In this document: positions 1 through 12,051 of the stretch, one piece after another | How positions within the stretch are numbered: the first letter of the stretch is position 1 | Layout of the letters: each line of letters starts with the position of its first letter | Assembly: GCF_037042905.1 (NCBI RefSeq) | Contig: NC_087250.1 | Span: 13,580,001-13,644,000, forward strand | DNA: 64,000 bases | Reading direction: 5' to 3' | Source: Lytechinus pictus | Taxonomy: Eukaryota | Made by a program: the position numbers and the translations under genes | Notes under the pieces: model-generated | What the model was told of the DNA's origin: nothing | Seen by the model: the letters and a program-made list of their open reading frames with translations, nothing else | The model's database searches: none

Positions 1-39
1 GAATACAATTCAATAAATATTATCTCAGATGACATTTGT

Positions 40-1140
40 ATTTAAAAGTAAAACGGAGGGTCTTGCGGAAAAAAGCAAAGCTTGTACAAGAGGCAAGCCC
101 CTAACTTAGTTACATTACAAAATAACAACAAAGAAATATTGCGTCGTAATAATATTGATAAATTTTGTTTAAAAAAAAAAAAAAAAAAAAACCCAGTAAC
201 TGATGGATCGTGTGAGAAAATATTATGTTTTACAATATTATAAGAGAGAGGGGGGTGAGGGAGAGAGAAGACAGGAGGGACAGAGGAGTGAGGTGTAGAA
301 AGAAAGAAGAAGGCGGGCAGCAGGAGCAAGTACTTTGGCTAATTGCAATTTTGTGAAGAAAAAAATAAAACAAGTAATATACATGTCTATGTGTATAATA
401 TGAGCACATCATCACATAACACATATACACAAAAGTCGAGTGTAATTAAATTAATTATTCAGCTTGACCTGTTTGCAACGAGTATTGCAGAATTAACATT
501 TTTTTCAGTTTGCGTTTAAAAATATTTACATTAGGGGATTCTTTGAAATCTTGAGGCAGAGAGTTCCAGTATAGGCAGGCCCGGAGAAGACAAATGAATT
601 CTTTGCAAATAAAGCTTGTTAAAGGAAGGTGATAATATTGTTGTTGCCTTGTTGGGTAGCAGTGTATGGATGCATTTTTACGGAACATATTAGAGAAAAT
701 GGCGGGGAGATCGTCCTTGCTTAATTTGAACATAAATTGACTAAGTTCAAAAAGATATATGTCACTTATATACTTTAAGAATGTTATTTTCAACAAATAA
801 GATATCAGTATGTGATCTTAAGTGTGTTTGAAAAATTATTCATAGAGCTTTTTTCTGGAGAAGTAATATTCTATTTAGTTGTGTTTGTATTGCACATCCC
901 CAGGCAAGTATTCCATAATTGATATACGGTAGAATAAGGATGTAGTATAATGTTAAAGTGCGGGTAGGGAGAAAATGTTTGAGTTTATTAATAATTCCAA
1001 TGTTTCTAGAAATTGTTTTACATATACTATCGATATGAGGCTTCCAGGATAATTTGTTGTCAATAATAAGGACACAGTGGAAACATTATTAAGAATGAAA
1101 TTATCAAAGAAAATACTGTCAGGTAGAGTATTGATTTTAT
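40..1140 (-). mobile_element. Degenerate 3' portion of a CR1-group (L2/Crack-like) LINE
   Basis: ORF 455-796(-) FELSQFMFK...HCYPTRQ...WNSLPQDFKESPNVNIFKRKLK is the typical ORF2 C-terminus; upstream frames are broken. Confidence 0.75.
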
Positions 1141-1249
1141 TACGGAAAATACCGACAGTATGACAACCATTATCGATGGAAGCTTTTGTCACATATTATT
1201 ACTAAAAACAATCCTTTTAATTTCTTTAAATAGTTGGGGTCAATATATA

Positions 1250-1846
1250 CACAAATTTCAGCTCGTGCTCGCATTGATTGTTTAGTGTACGTATCATGAT
1301 TTTAAAAAAATTGCTTAATTATAATGTCAATTTTTTTAGGTCTGAATATCAAAACTTTTAAACCCACGCTTCGCGCTCGCATTACTTGATCAGTGAGATA
1401 CATATCCGTCCTTAAAATGTATCTATTACTAGATTAGTATACCTGGCAATTGAGCGCGCTTCGAGCGCCCACTAATACCGTGTTCTCACTTAGCCCCAGC
1501 TCGCGGATCAGACTCGCCTCGCGAGTCAGCCTCAGCTAGTTAAATACGCATCTTGTTCAGGATCACAAACATTGCCTGGAATGTTCAATTTTCAGAACAA
1601 AATACATGAAATGTCCAAAGATTTTAGCTCGCGCTTCGTGCTCGCTATATTCAAATAAGGCTTATGAGATTATAAGTATATTTATTTTTTTAAGAATAAA
1701 GCTAAGAAGTGACTGTTAGGACTACCCCTTCAAAAAAATAAAAACAACAACAACTTTGAGAGGCCGATCTCGGATAATTAAAAATATCGGCGAATATTTT
1801 TTCGCGCCCCTCCCCTCCTATTGGCGAAAGCTGGATCCGCCCCTGT
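1250..1846. repeat. Non-autonomous DNA element fragment with repeated gctcgcgcttcgcgctcgc motifs
   Basis: Motif recurs at about 1260, 1365, 1455 and 1626; ends in a ctggatccgcccctg terminus like the MITE at 18998-19253. Confidence 0.55.
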
Positions 1847-1967
1847 AAGTCTTATAAGTGCATGCTTTCGGATTTATTGTAACATACATGTAAGTAGGGC
1901 ATATTTCATTGATGTATGTAATGCAGAATAAGATAAGAGTCACGTACATGTATACTTTTGTGATTGT

Positions 1968-2392
1968 CCCGGGGGGGGGGGGCAGTCAAATGTATTGCTG
2001 TACACACGCGTCGCCAATTTTTTTCCAAACACCCCCTAAACGAGTTGTTTTCTGTGTGCAAAATAACCCCCTAAACAAGTTTTTCGCGGACTTTATTTAC
2101 ACATTAATTTGGCCCCTAAACAAGTTGTCGCCAGAATATGACCCCGGGGAAAAAGCTTGGGGAAAAAACGAAAAAACACATATCCTAAATACGTTTGACC
2201 CTTCGATTGATCATTGACCAGTCTTTCAAAACTACCCCTTTTAAAAAAAAAAATCGGTGTTTTGATACCCTTAACGAGTGCACGTGCGGCCTGCGTCCAA
2301 AACTGAAGAAAAAAAAAACACCCCCTTTAAACGCGTTTTTTTTTGGTCACGCGTGTGTACAGCAATTTGACTGCCCCCCCCCCCCCCCCGGG
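1968..2392. mobile_element. MITE with CCCGGG(G)n termini (EnSpm/CMC-like)
   Basis: Inverted ends cccggg(g)ngcagtcaaat..tgctgtacacacgcgt / acgcgtgtgtacagcaatttgactg(c)nggg. Confidence 0.75.
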
Positions 2393-2794
2393 CGGTGATT
2401 GTGTAACTGGTATTTGGAATTTAAGTATGTATGAAGGTATAAATGTGGTTTTTCAGATTTGATTGGATATAAGAATTTAATGAAGATATATAAAAATAAT
2501 AATCTTGCCGTGTGTATTCTAGGGACCTGTGTAAATAGGCAGTTACTCTTATATTGTTCCTAAATATATTACTATTGGATTTGGTGCATTACAAATCACA
2601 TATATTATTATTATTATTATTATTATATATAAGTATTTACAGAAGGTATATGTGACATGAGTGTTTATTTTTGTACTTGTCCGATTGGTAATTGTAATAC
2701 AAGTTTTTACTGAAGTCATAATTATGAGTGTGTATTGAATATGTATTCCTATTGTAATCTATTCTTTCCAATGACCATATTGTATATTAAAAGT

Positions 2795-5020
2795 TGACAG
2801 TCAGTCGGCAAGCCCTGAAAAAGTAGCTTCTTTTATCCAAGTGATATTCATGACTAGAGGGTTTTTGCATAGTTAATGAGCTTGGTGCGAACCAAAACAC
2901 CTCTTTTTATTCGGCCATTGCTGCTCGAAATATTGACCAAATTTCATGTTTTTGGTATCTTTGTAAAGAAGAAGAATCATTCTTTCAGGTCATGTGTTTG
3001 GATTTTTAAAAGGATGTTGTAATGTAGGAAAAACTTTTGATCTAAAACATGAAACAAAATAATTTTTCATGCAACAAAAGTTGTTGTTTTCACACTTAAT
3101 TTCTGTTTGAGCACAAATGATTTTTATATCATGATAAAGCTGAATATCTAAGCTTTAATATGATATAATTTTTATAAGAAGATGTATTTTAGATGGGTCA
3201 GCAGCCAGCTTTTCATAGGCCAAGTACATTTAGCAGCTCAAAAACAAGAATACTGCGCTCTGATTGGTCATAGAGACCACACACCCACGCAAATTTCAAT
3301 GTTCCCCTCACTAGGCCTCTGCAAGGTCACACTCACCATGTGGTAATCTCTTCAAATTACCCGCGCCTGTTGTGTTGAAAACATTATTAAGCCAATCAGA
3401 ACTCTAGATTTTATGTTACTCAGAAATTTCAGAAATCTCGTCTTGCATCTTGATGGAAAAAGCTGGCTGCTGACCCATCTAAAAGATGCCACATATCAAG
3501 AGTGACATTATATGAAAGTATAGAGTTTGAGCTTTCTGATGATATATAATGTTAGAAAGTCAAAAAGGGGCCTAAGCTTTCGATCCTAGCAGAATCTTCG
3601 TCGGAGGCAAAATGACAAACATATAAAGTGGAACAACCATAATATAGACCACAAACAAGCTACAGCAACACTAGAAACAAGGAGACAAAAGGGGCATTAG
3701 TGAGTAGAGAAGACCAATCAGGTTTAGTGAAGGGGATGAAAGAAAAGGAGTAGGCAGACACAAAGGGAAGTTAGTGTAAGTAAGGCCAAGAGGGATTAAG
3801 ATAATGAGGCAGGCAACATCAAACAGGATCTGGAACAAAACAGTGATAGAGGGATGAATAACTAGAGAATTAGTGAGAGGTGGGTCAAACAGGTTACAAA
3901 GAAAGGTATAATAAACTGGTGCATAAGAGTGGGGGGAAAAAGGAAAAGAATGGGGAACAACTGATAATGTGCAAAAGACATATAAGTATATATGATAAAG
4001 CATTAAATAAACTAAGAGAAGAAGGTAAGTGTACATATGTGATATGTATATAAATATATCCAAAAAAGAAATGTATATGAAAAAATATAAATACACATAT
4101 GGTGTAACTGATATTGTAATCCGCTAGGTGTGACGGGAAAAAAACATAGGACTATACAGTAGGAAAAAAAAACCTGTATATGTGAAAAAGAGGAAGCAAA
4201 TTGCCTAAAAAGGTAAAAGCAAATATAGAAGAGAGGGGGTGTATTATGAAGAAACCATAGTATACATGTAAATAAGCAAATGTGGTAAATCTAAAAGAGG
4301 TGAGTGGAGAAAAAAAAATATATAATAATTATTATATCGCCTGAATAAGGAAGGAAAAATTGGAGCTGAGCTTGTATGAGATATGGGAGGAAAGTAGAGG
4401 AAGAAACTATAATGTAACTATTCAAAAGAGCTGAGGGGAAAAATGATATGTATATATAAATTGAAAGTGGAAAGGAAAGAATCAGTCGTTCCCCTCTTGG
4501 ATGTTCAGGCCATGAGGTTGGGTGGTGCGAAGTCGTCTCATCCAGAGCTTCTCTCTGCTAGTACGGACTGAGTCAATATATAATGTTGGTGCCTAAAACA
4601 CAAAATGCTGCACAATAATATTTGCAAGTGAAAACAGAGGAAAAAAATTCTGTTTGATGCATCTTTTCAGGTAAAAAAAATCACTTATTTATCAAAATAT
4701 TTCATTCAAAAGAAATGGCCAATATAAAAAAGTAACATTTACTCTTGCCCATGGTACAAAAATAATCAATATTACTCAAGGAGAAAGTGGTTAAATTCTT
4801 TGAGAAAGAAAGTCTCACAATTCACGAGATTTTGCATGAATTCAGCCAGTACGAGAGGACTTGGATAAATCTTGCTCATTTGCTCATTAACACAGGGGCT
4901 TGCCGACTGATCGACTGTTGAGATATTTAATTTTGCATGAATTCAGCCACGAGAGGACTTGGATAAATCTTGCTCATTTGCTCATTAACACAGGGGCTTG
5001 CCGACTGACTGTTGAGATAT
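2795..5020. mobile_element. Composite TIR element with duplicated right end
   Basis: acagtcagtcggcaagccctg (~2798) is inverted relative to caggggcttgccgactgactgt (~4991); tttatccaagt / acttggataaa pair; internal 29-bp perfect inverted repeat at ~3187-3215 / ~3456-3484. Confidence 0.55.
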
Positions 5021-5389
5021 TTAATTCATGTATAAATTATGTGAAGTGCAAAGAGACTTCGTGTATTATGCGCTATATAAATGTAATTTTGTTATTATTA
5101 TTGTTATGATATATTTCATTTTGAAATTATAATTACCCCCTTAATCAATATGTTGTAAATTGTTTTTTTTTTCTTGTATAATTTTTCTCAATACAATGTA
5201 TCTATGTTTCACTTGTTACTTCTGCCAACTTTCTCTTTCGTACTCATTCTCCCTCTCTCTATCTATGCCAAATTTGCCTTTACTATTTCCCTCTCCGCTC
5301 ATTGGCGAATTCTTTCCCGCCTTTTTAGGGGTAGCACTAATGCCAGTTCATGTACCTCCTAGGATATAGGCCCCATAGAAAATTGACCA

Positions 5390-8147
5390 AACCTTGTTTT
5401 TTCATATATACAATATTTTTTCATGGTTTCTTGTCAATTCGAGGGTGCTGATTACGAATCTGAATGATGCCACTCGTGTAACCTTGAGCATTTTCCGCAA
5501 ATTGGCAAAATCTAATATGGCCGCCAATATATATGCAAATTACCCATGAAAATCATAAAAACTGCCAGCAGATTGGCTATAAAATGTATGTAATTGTGTT
5601 GCAGGAGTGAAATACTCTCTGAAAAAACGATTTTTGAAAAACTATTTATTTTCTTGATATTTAAAATGGCCGCCATAGACCGCTGTATTCAACATCATGT
5701 ACAATATGAATGGGGGAAAATAATTTTCACAAAAATGAGCACTAAATGCAAGTAATTGTGATTTTTTTTTGGGTGAACTAATGGATGAAAACATGTTTGC
5801 TAACGAAATGTATCATTTGTTATGTCGTGTATTTAATAAATGAAGCATTTTAGTATTCAAAAAGCCACCAAACGCCCTGACAGTATTATGTATAATGTTA
5901 ATGGGGACAAAAGAAAATCACAAGAATGAGTACTAAAATACATATTATTAAGATAAGCGGGTGGAATACTGGCTAAAAATTCAATTCCAACGGAATGTAA
6001 TATTTAAGATGCAATTTATGTGATAAATGCTGTATTTTGAAATTCAAAAGGGCCGCCATATAGGCCCATTATACATTATGTACAATGCGAATGGAGAACT
6101 AATTTTCACAAGAGTATAAGTACATAAAATGCATGTAATTGTGATATACGAGTAAAATATTGTCTGAAAACATGTTTTCTAGCTAAACATATAATTTCTC
6201 TTGTCATGCATGAGATATATGCAGTATTTCTAAATTCAAAATGGCCCCTATAGGCCCTAACAGTATTATCTACAATGTAAATGGGGACATGTATACTTGT
6301 TTAAGAATTTGGATTTGCTTGACTATTAAATCCATATAATCCTTTTGTATGAGTAAAATGTTATTTGAAAGCATGATTTTTTATGAAATATAGCATTTCT
6401 TCTGCCATGTAAGTGATAAATACAGTATTTTGACATTCAAAATAGCCGCTACATTAAGCCTGAACTAAATTATGTTACTTGCGTTTAGGGAAACTTATTT
6501 TCAGTGGGAATCATAAAATATGCATGTTGCTGTGATGTACGAGTAAAAATATTGTCTTAAATATGATTTCTAAATAAATACATCACAATCATGTTAGTCA
6601 TGGAGGTAAGAAATGCTGTACTTTGAAATTAAAAATGGCTGCCATAGGCCCTAAAAGTATTATGTACATTGTAATTTGGTACATATATAATTTTGACAGA
6701 ATTTGGCTTTGCTTGACTATAAGAATTGCAAGTAATTGTGATGTAAGAGTTAAATACTAGTATTGTCTAAAACCATGGTTTCTAACGAGGTCATATCTGG
6801 TGTAAAAATGCTGCATTCTGAAATTGAAAATGGCCGCCATAGGCCCTTACTGTATGCCAGTGTACAATTTGAATGAGGACAGATAATTTTCACAAAAGGA
6901 CACATGCATGGCGGCCATTTTGAATTTTGAAATATAACATTAATCACTTAAATTTTATATGATATGATAAATTTCGTTAGTGATCATGTTTTCAGACAAT
7001 ATTTTACTCATACACCACCATTTAGTCAAGCAAAGCGAAAATCCGTTAAAATCATTTGGCCATTCACATTGTACATAATAATAGGGCCTGTAGCGGCCAT
7101 TTTGACTTTCCAAATCCAGTATTTTCACCTACCTGGCAGGAGAACTGATATATCTTGTTAGAAATTATGCTTTCAGACAATGTTTTACTCATAGATCAGA
7201 ATTACGTGCATTTATGGTGCTCACTCCTGTGAAAATTGATTTCCCAGTTCGCATTGTCCATAATACAATATATGTCTATGGCGTCCATTTTGAAAGTCAA
7301 AATAAAGTATCATTACACAAACTTTAAACCTGAATGATATATTTCGTTAAGAATTATGTTTTTTTAGACAGTATCCCATTTATTTATCACAAATAAATGC
7401 ATTTCAGTGCTCACTCTAGCTTGTGATTTCATTGGTCCTCTTTTTCATTGTACAATACTTTTAGGGCCTTTGGCGGTCACTTTGAATATCAAAATACAAC
7501 ATTTATCACATACATGGCATATTAAATAATATATTTTGTGAACAATTATGTTTTTAGTCAGTATTCCACTCGTTTATCTTATTAATATGCATTTTAGTGC
7601 TCACTCTTGTGATTTGTTTTTGCCCCCTTTGCTATAGTAATACTTTTTGGGCCAGTGAGTGGCAGCTATTTTGAATATAAAATACAACAATTTTCCCATA
7701 CATGACATGATAAATAATATATCTTGTTAGCATTGATGATTTTCATACATTACTTCGTCCATAGATCACAATTACTTGCAGTTTAGGGATAATTTTTGGG
7801 AAAAATAGTTTTCCTTATTCATATTGTACATAATAGGGTATATGGCGGCCATTTTGAATATCAAGAAAATAAATATCTTTTCAAAAATCGTTTTTTCAGA
7901 GAGTATTTCACTCCTAGCTGCAACACAATTACCGTTGTAGCCAGTCTGCTGGCAATTTTTTTATTTTCATGGGTAATTTGCATATTTTGGCGGCCATATT
8001 GGATTTTGCCAATTTGCGGAAAATGCTCAAGGTTACACAAGTGGCATCATTCAGATTCGTAATCAGCACCCTCGAATTGACAAGAAACCATGAAAAAATA
8101 TTGTATATATGAAAAAACAAGGTTATGCCTCTTCTATCCTGGACTAA
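5390..8147. mobile_element. Large fold-back (palindromic) non-autonomous DNA transposon, possibly Academ-like
   Basis: 5390-5680 is the near-exact reverse complement of 7840-8125; internal ~190-bp subrepeats carrying aaaatggccgcc flip orientation at about 6905; right end ...ctggacta. Confidence 0.8.
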
Positions 8148-8260
8148 TTATTACTTTGGATTAAAGTTATTCAGTTGATTAAGATAAGGTCAAGTTTATT
8201 TCAGTAGGATCAAGTCCACTCTCCCATTCATAATTGGTATATGTTTATTATTGTCGTATG

Positions 8261-9370
8261 TTAAAAGGTCAAGTCCACCCCAGAAAAATGTTGATCTCAA
8301 TGAACGGAGAAAATTCAAACAAGCATAACGCTGAAAATTTCATGATCTGATGTAAAATAAGAAACAGAAACACAAAACAGTTATATGCACAACTCAATGA
8401 TATGCAAATGAGAGAGTCGATGTCCCTTACTCACTATTTCTTTCGTTTTTGTCTCACCTGCATAGCAGAGTGAGACTATAGGCGCCGCTTTTCCGACGGC
8501 GGCGGCGGCGGCGTCAACACCAAATCTTAACCTGAGGTTAAGTTTTTGAAATGACAGCATAACTTAGAAAGTATATGGACCTAGTTCATGAAACTTGGCC
8601 ATAAGGTTAATCAAGTATTACTGAACATCCTGCCTGAGTTTCATGTCACATGACCATGGTCAATGGTCATTTAGGGTCAATGAACTTAGACCTTGTTGGG
8701 GGAATCAACATCAAAATCTTAACCTAAGGTTATAAGTTTTTGAAATGTCATCATAACTTAGAAAATATATGGACCTAGTTCATGAAACTTATACATAAGG
8801 TTAATCAAGTATCACTGAACATCCTGCATGAGTTTCACGTCACATGACCAAGGTCAATGGTCATTTAGGGTCAATGAACTTTGGCCATAATGGGGGTATC
8901 TGTTGAATTACCATCATAACTTGGAAAGTTGATGGATCTTTCTCTTGAAACTTGGACATAAGAGTAATCAAGTATCACTGAACATCCTGTGCGAGTTTCA
9001 GGTCACATGATCAAGGTCAAAGGTCATGTAAGGTCAATGAACTTTGGCCACGTTGGGGGTATTTGTTGAATTACCATCATATCTCTATAAGTGTATGGGT
9101 CTAGTTCATAAAACGTGGAAATAAGAGTAACCAAGTATCACTGAACATCTTGTGCGAGTTAAAGTAGTTTTCAAAATCAGCACTGCTGCTATATTGAATC
9201 GCGTGATGCAGGTGAGACGGCCAGAGGCATTCCACTTGTTTATTGTTTGAATTATACAATATTTAAATTTGTACAGATTTGACAGTAATTAGAACCAACT
9301 TGAATGAACCACAAAATGTTAAAACAACGATAATTCCACATGTTCAGAGAGGAATAAAACTTGGTTTTGC
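8261..9370. mobile_element. TTAA-flanked Kolobok-like MITE (partial), split by a HINE insertion
   Basis: Start ttaaaaggtcaagtccaccccag is shared with copies at 38213, 40763 and 42542; the sequence resumes after 9240. Confidence 0.65.
8446..9240 (+). mobile_element. Helentron-associated non-autonomous element (HINE/DINE-1-like), copy 1
   Basis: T-run insertion; subTIR gtctcacctgcat / atgcaggtgagac; 5' hairpin; (GGC)n; tandem 162-192-bp internal units; 3' ggccagaggcattccacttgt; one unit shorter than copy 2. Confidence 0.8.
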
Positions 9371-9669
9371 AGGACAATTCTACCACCCCACTTTTACGTA
9401 AAAATTACCATACGATTGTGATTTTTGTGCATGGTCAGCCCCCCCCCCCCCCACTTTTGGCTCAGCCCCCTCACTTTGAAAACCGTTCTGCGGCCCCTGC
9501 CTTCTTCATCTTTCCCTTCTCCTCCCTATACAGAATACTCTATGCTAACCTGTCAGCTCATAATTTTTTTTTTAAGGTATAGAAGTAGGTTATTATTGTA
9601 AAGAAGTAAATTATATGCCTATAATGCAATATTATCTTATACACAAAACTTTGTATTCCACCCCCTAAC

Positions 9670-10698
9670 TTGGTCACATGCATTTGCTCGCTACGACGGC
9701 CGTACGGCGAGTCGAAAACAGCAGGGACTCAGTTTTATCATTATGAGGGGAGCAATAAAAAGCTCTCCTAAAACTTTTAAGGGGAGCATATAGGGGAGCA
9801 CTACAAAAAGCTCTTCTTTTACATACAAGGGGAGCTCTCTTGTCCGATTTCAAAATGGAGGGAGTAATGTACACTAAATAAAGTTGACAACCCACAACCA
9901 AAGGAGACAAACAATCAGATATAGATCTGATCTATGCAATATTTATCTCATTAAACTTTTTATCATTCTTGCAAGTGTGTTTAATTGCTTACAATATAAT
10001 TGTGTGTTATTTACAAAACCTTGATGACAGCGAATGAAGTTTTCAAGGATGACTGGAACAGTTTGAGCATTGACTGACACTCTTGTTAAAGATAAATTCC
10101 AGTTTTGGTAACGATCTAAAAATGACTTTTTACAGAATCTAATATAATGACCACCTAAGTGTCTGTTTGTATGAATAAAAAATATGTGCCAAAGGATTCT
10201 GGAAGAAATTGTGTGATTGCTGAGAAATAAGCAAAATAAGCGCGGATTCGGTCACTTCCGTCGGGTCTTTATTTTAGCAATAATAATACACTGTCCCACG
10301 TGTGCCTATCTGTGTTGGTGATCTTCAGTGTGAACATTTTTCAGCGTAGATTTCAAGATTTCACAAAGTTCAGTTTATGTAACTGTACCAGATCTAGATC
10401 CTCGATGATATACTGACAATTAAGCCTTGTTTTACAGACTTTCTCATGAAATCAGTGTTTACTGCAAATACTGGAATTTCTCTTTAAGCAATTGCTGAGG
10501 CGAGTGATAAATCGCTCTACCAAAAATGGATTAAGGAGAGCGGTAGCGAGTGATCACTTAAACTGAGTCCCTGAAACAGCCGTTTTATTAATTCTAATTC
10601 AAACCACCTAACATGCTGCTGGTAAAAAAAAATGTAAAAACGGCTGTTTTCGACTCGCTGTACGGCCGCCGTAGAGCAAATGTGAGTTATGTGACCAA
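9670..10698. mobile_element. MITE with ~55-bp TIRs (Harbinger-like), hosting a younger MITE
   Basis: ttggtcaca..catttgctc..acggccgtacggcgagtcgaaaacagc versus gctgttttcgactcgctgtacggccg..gagcaaatg..tgtgaccaa. Confidence 0.7.
10090..10483. mobile_element. 394-bp TTAA-TSD MITE (Kolobok-like), copy A
   Basis: TTAA on both sides; TIR agataaattccagt / actggaatttctct; almost identical to 39877-40270. Confidence 0.85.
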
Positions 10699-11479
10699 GG
10701 TACTTAATTCTCCTTCTTAATTCTAAGTCTTCTTCTCCTTTTCTTCCTTCTTCTTCTTTCTTGGTCGATCCTTATCTTTCTTCTCCTTTTTCTTCCTGTT
10801 TTTTCCCCTTCTTCGTCTCGCTCGTCACACTTTTTCTTCCTACTATATCTCTTCTTCAAGTTCATTCTTTCTATCTCCCCTCTATATGCTCTCTCCATCA
10901 AAGAGTTGTATGGGTGTATGTGGTGCCTGATTTACTATTTTATTTTTCTTCACTACAATCACCAATTAATGTTTAATCGTTTTATATAATATTACATGAT
11001 GTGTATCTGCAATTTATTATTATTATTATTATTGTTATTATTATTATTATATCATCATTATTATTATTATTATTATTATCATTAATCCACTTCGTCCTTA
11101 ATGCTTAAACCTGGACTTATTTTCATTGGATGTAACTTCCCTTTGTTTTGTTTTAAAGGTGATACTTACAAAAAAAAATTGTACTTCAAGTTACCTAATG
11201 AAATTCGAACTTATTCCACACATAATATACTATAAAAATTCATAAATTTCTTTAATTTTTTAATCTTATTTCTTGATTTTTTATCCATCTATTTTGATAT
11301 AAAATTATAATAATTTGCTTTTTCTTTTTTTCTTAAGTTCTTTCCTGCCTTTTTCACTCGAGCATGCCCCAAATCCAATTCATTTTTGCTTTCTCTGCTA
11401 TAGCACAATGTAACACAAGAAATATGCGGTACTGAAATAAATTCTTGCAATCAAAACAATTAAAGGCAAAACGGAAAAT

Positions 11480-11870
11480 AGGAGGATAAAGACTATAGGA
11501 CAAAAAAAAGAGACAAGAAAAGAAAGAAAAAAAGTACAAAAAAGAAAAAAAAAGAAAAAAAAAGAAAATAGAAAAGAAATTAAAAGAAAAGAAAAGAATT
11601 AAAAGAAAAGAAAAGAATTAAAAGAAAAGAAAAAAATGTAAGAAAAAAAGTAACGAAAAAGAAAAGAAAATAAAGATATAAAGAAAGAAATCCGGCCCCA
11701 AAAATGTAAGAAAAAATGAAGAAAAGTAAGGAGGAAAAGAAATTAGCATAGAACAGAAAAAAATGAAGTAGAAAGAAGATATTCATCCTTTCAAAGGAAA
11801 AAAAAAAGCTCCAAAAAGCAGTGGCAAAAATATTGCTAACCAAACCAAAAAAATGCAGGAAAAAGAAAAA
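11480..11870. repeat. Purine-rich (A/AG) low-complexity tract upstream of TRDMT1
   Basis: aaaagaaaagaatt-type repeats. Confidence 0.8.
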
Positions 11871-11874
11871 TATG

Positions 11875-11960
11875 AGCTGAGCTAGCTAGCGGCCGGGGAG
11901 GAGCTAGCTAGCTGAAGCTCGCGCTCGCGCTCAAAGACTATTTCCAAGATGGCAGCCTCC
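11875..11960 (+). promoter_or_regulatory. Probable TRDMT1 core promoter/5' UTR; YY1-like motif over the start codon
   Basis: Local CpG/GC-rich patch in AT-rich DNA; caagATGgcagc resembles the YY1 consensus AAGATGGCGGC. Confidence 0.5.
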
Positions 11961-12051
11961 AGTGAACAATATTGTCGTGAGAAAGAAACAAAGAATCTCC
12001 GTGTCGTAGAATTTTTCAGCGGCGTCGGCGGTTTACATTGTGCTGTCAAAG
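11949..12051 (+). CDS. TRDMT1: TRDMT1 coding exon 1
   Basis: ATG at 11949; MAASSEQYCREKETKNLRVVEFFSGVGGLHCAVK (SAM-binding motif I); donor G|GTATTT, phase 1. Confidence 0.93.
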
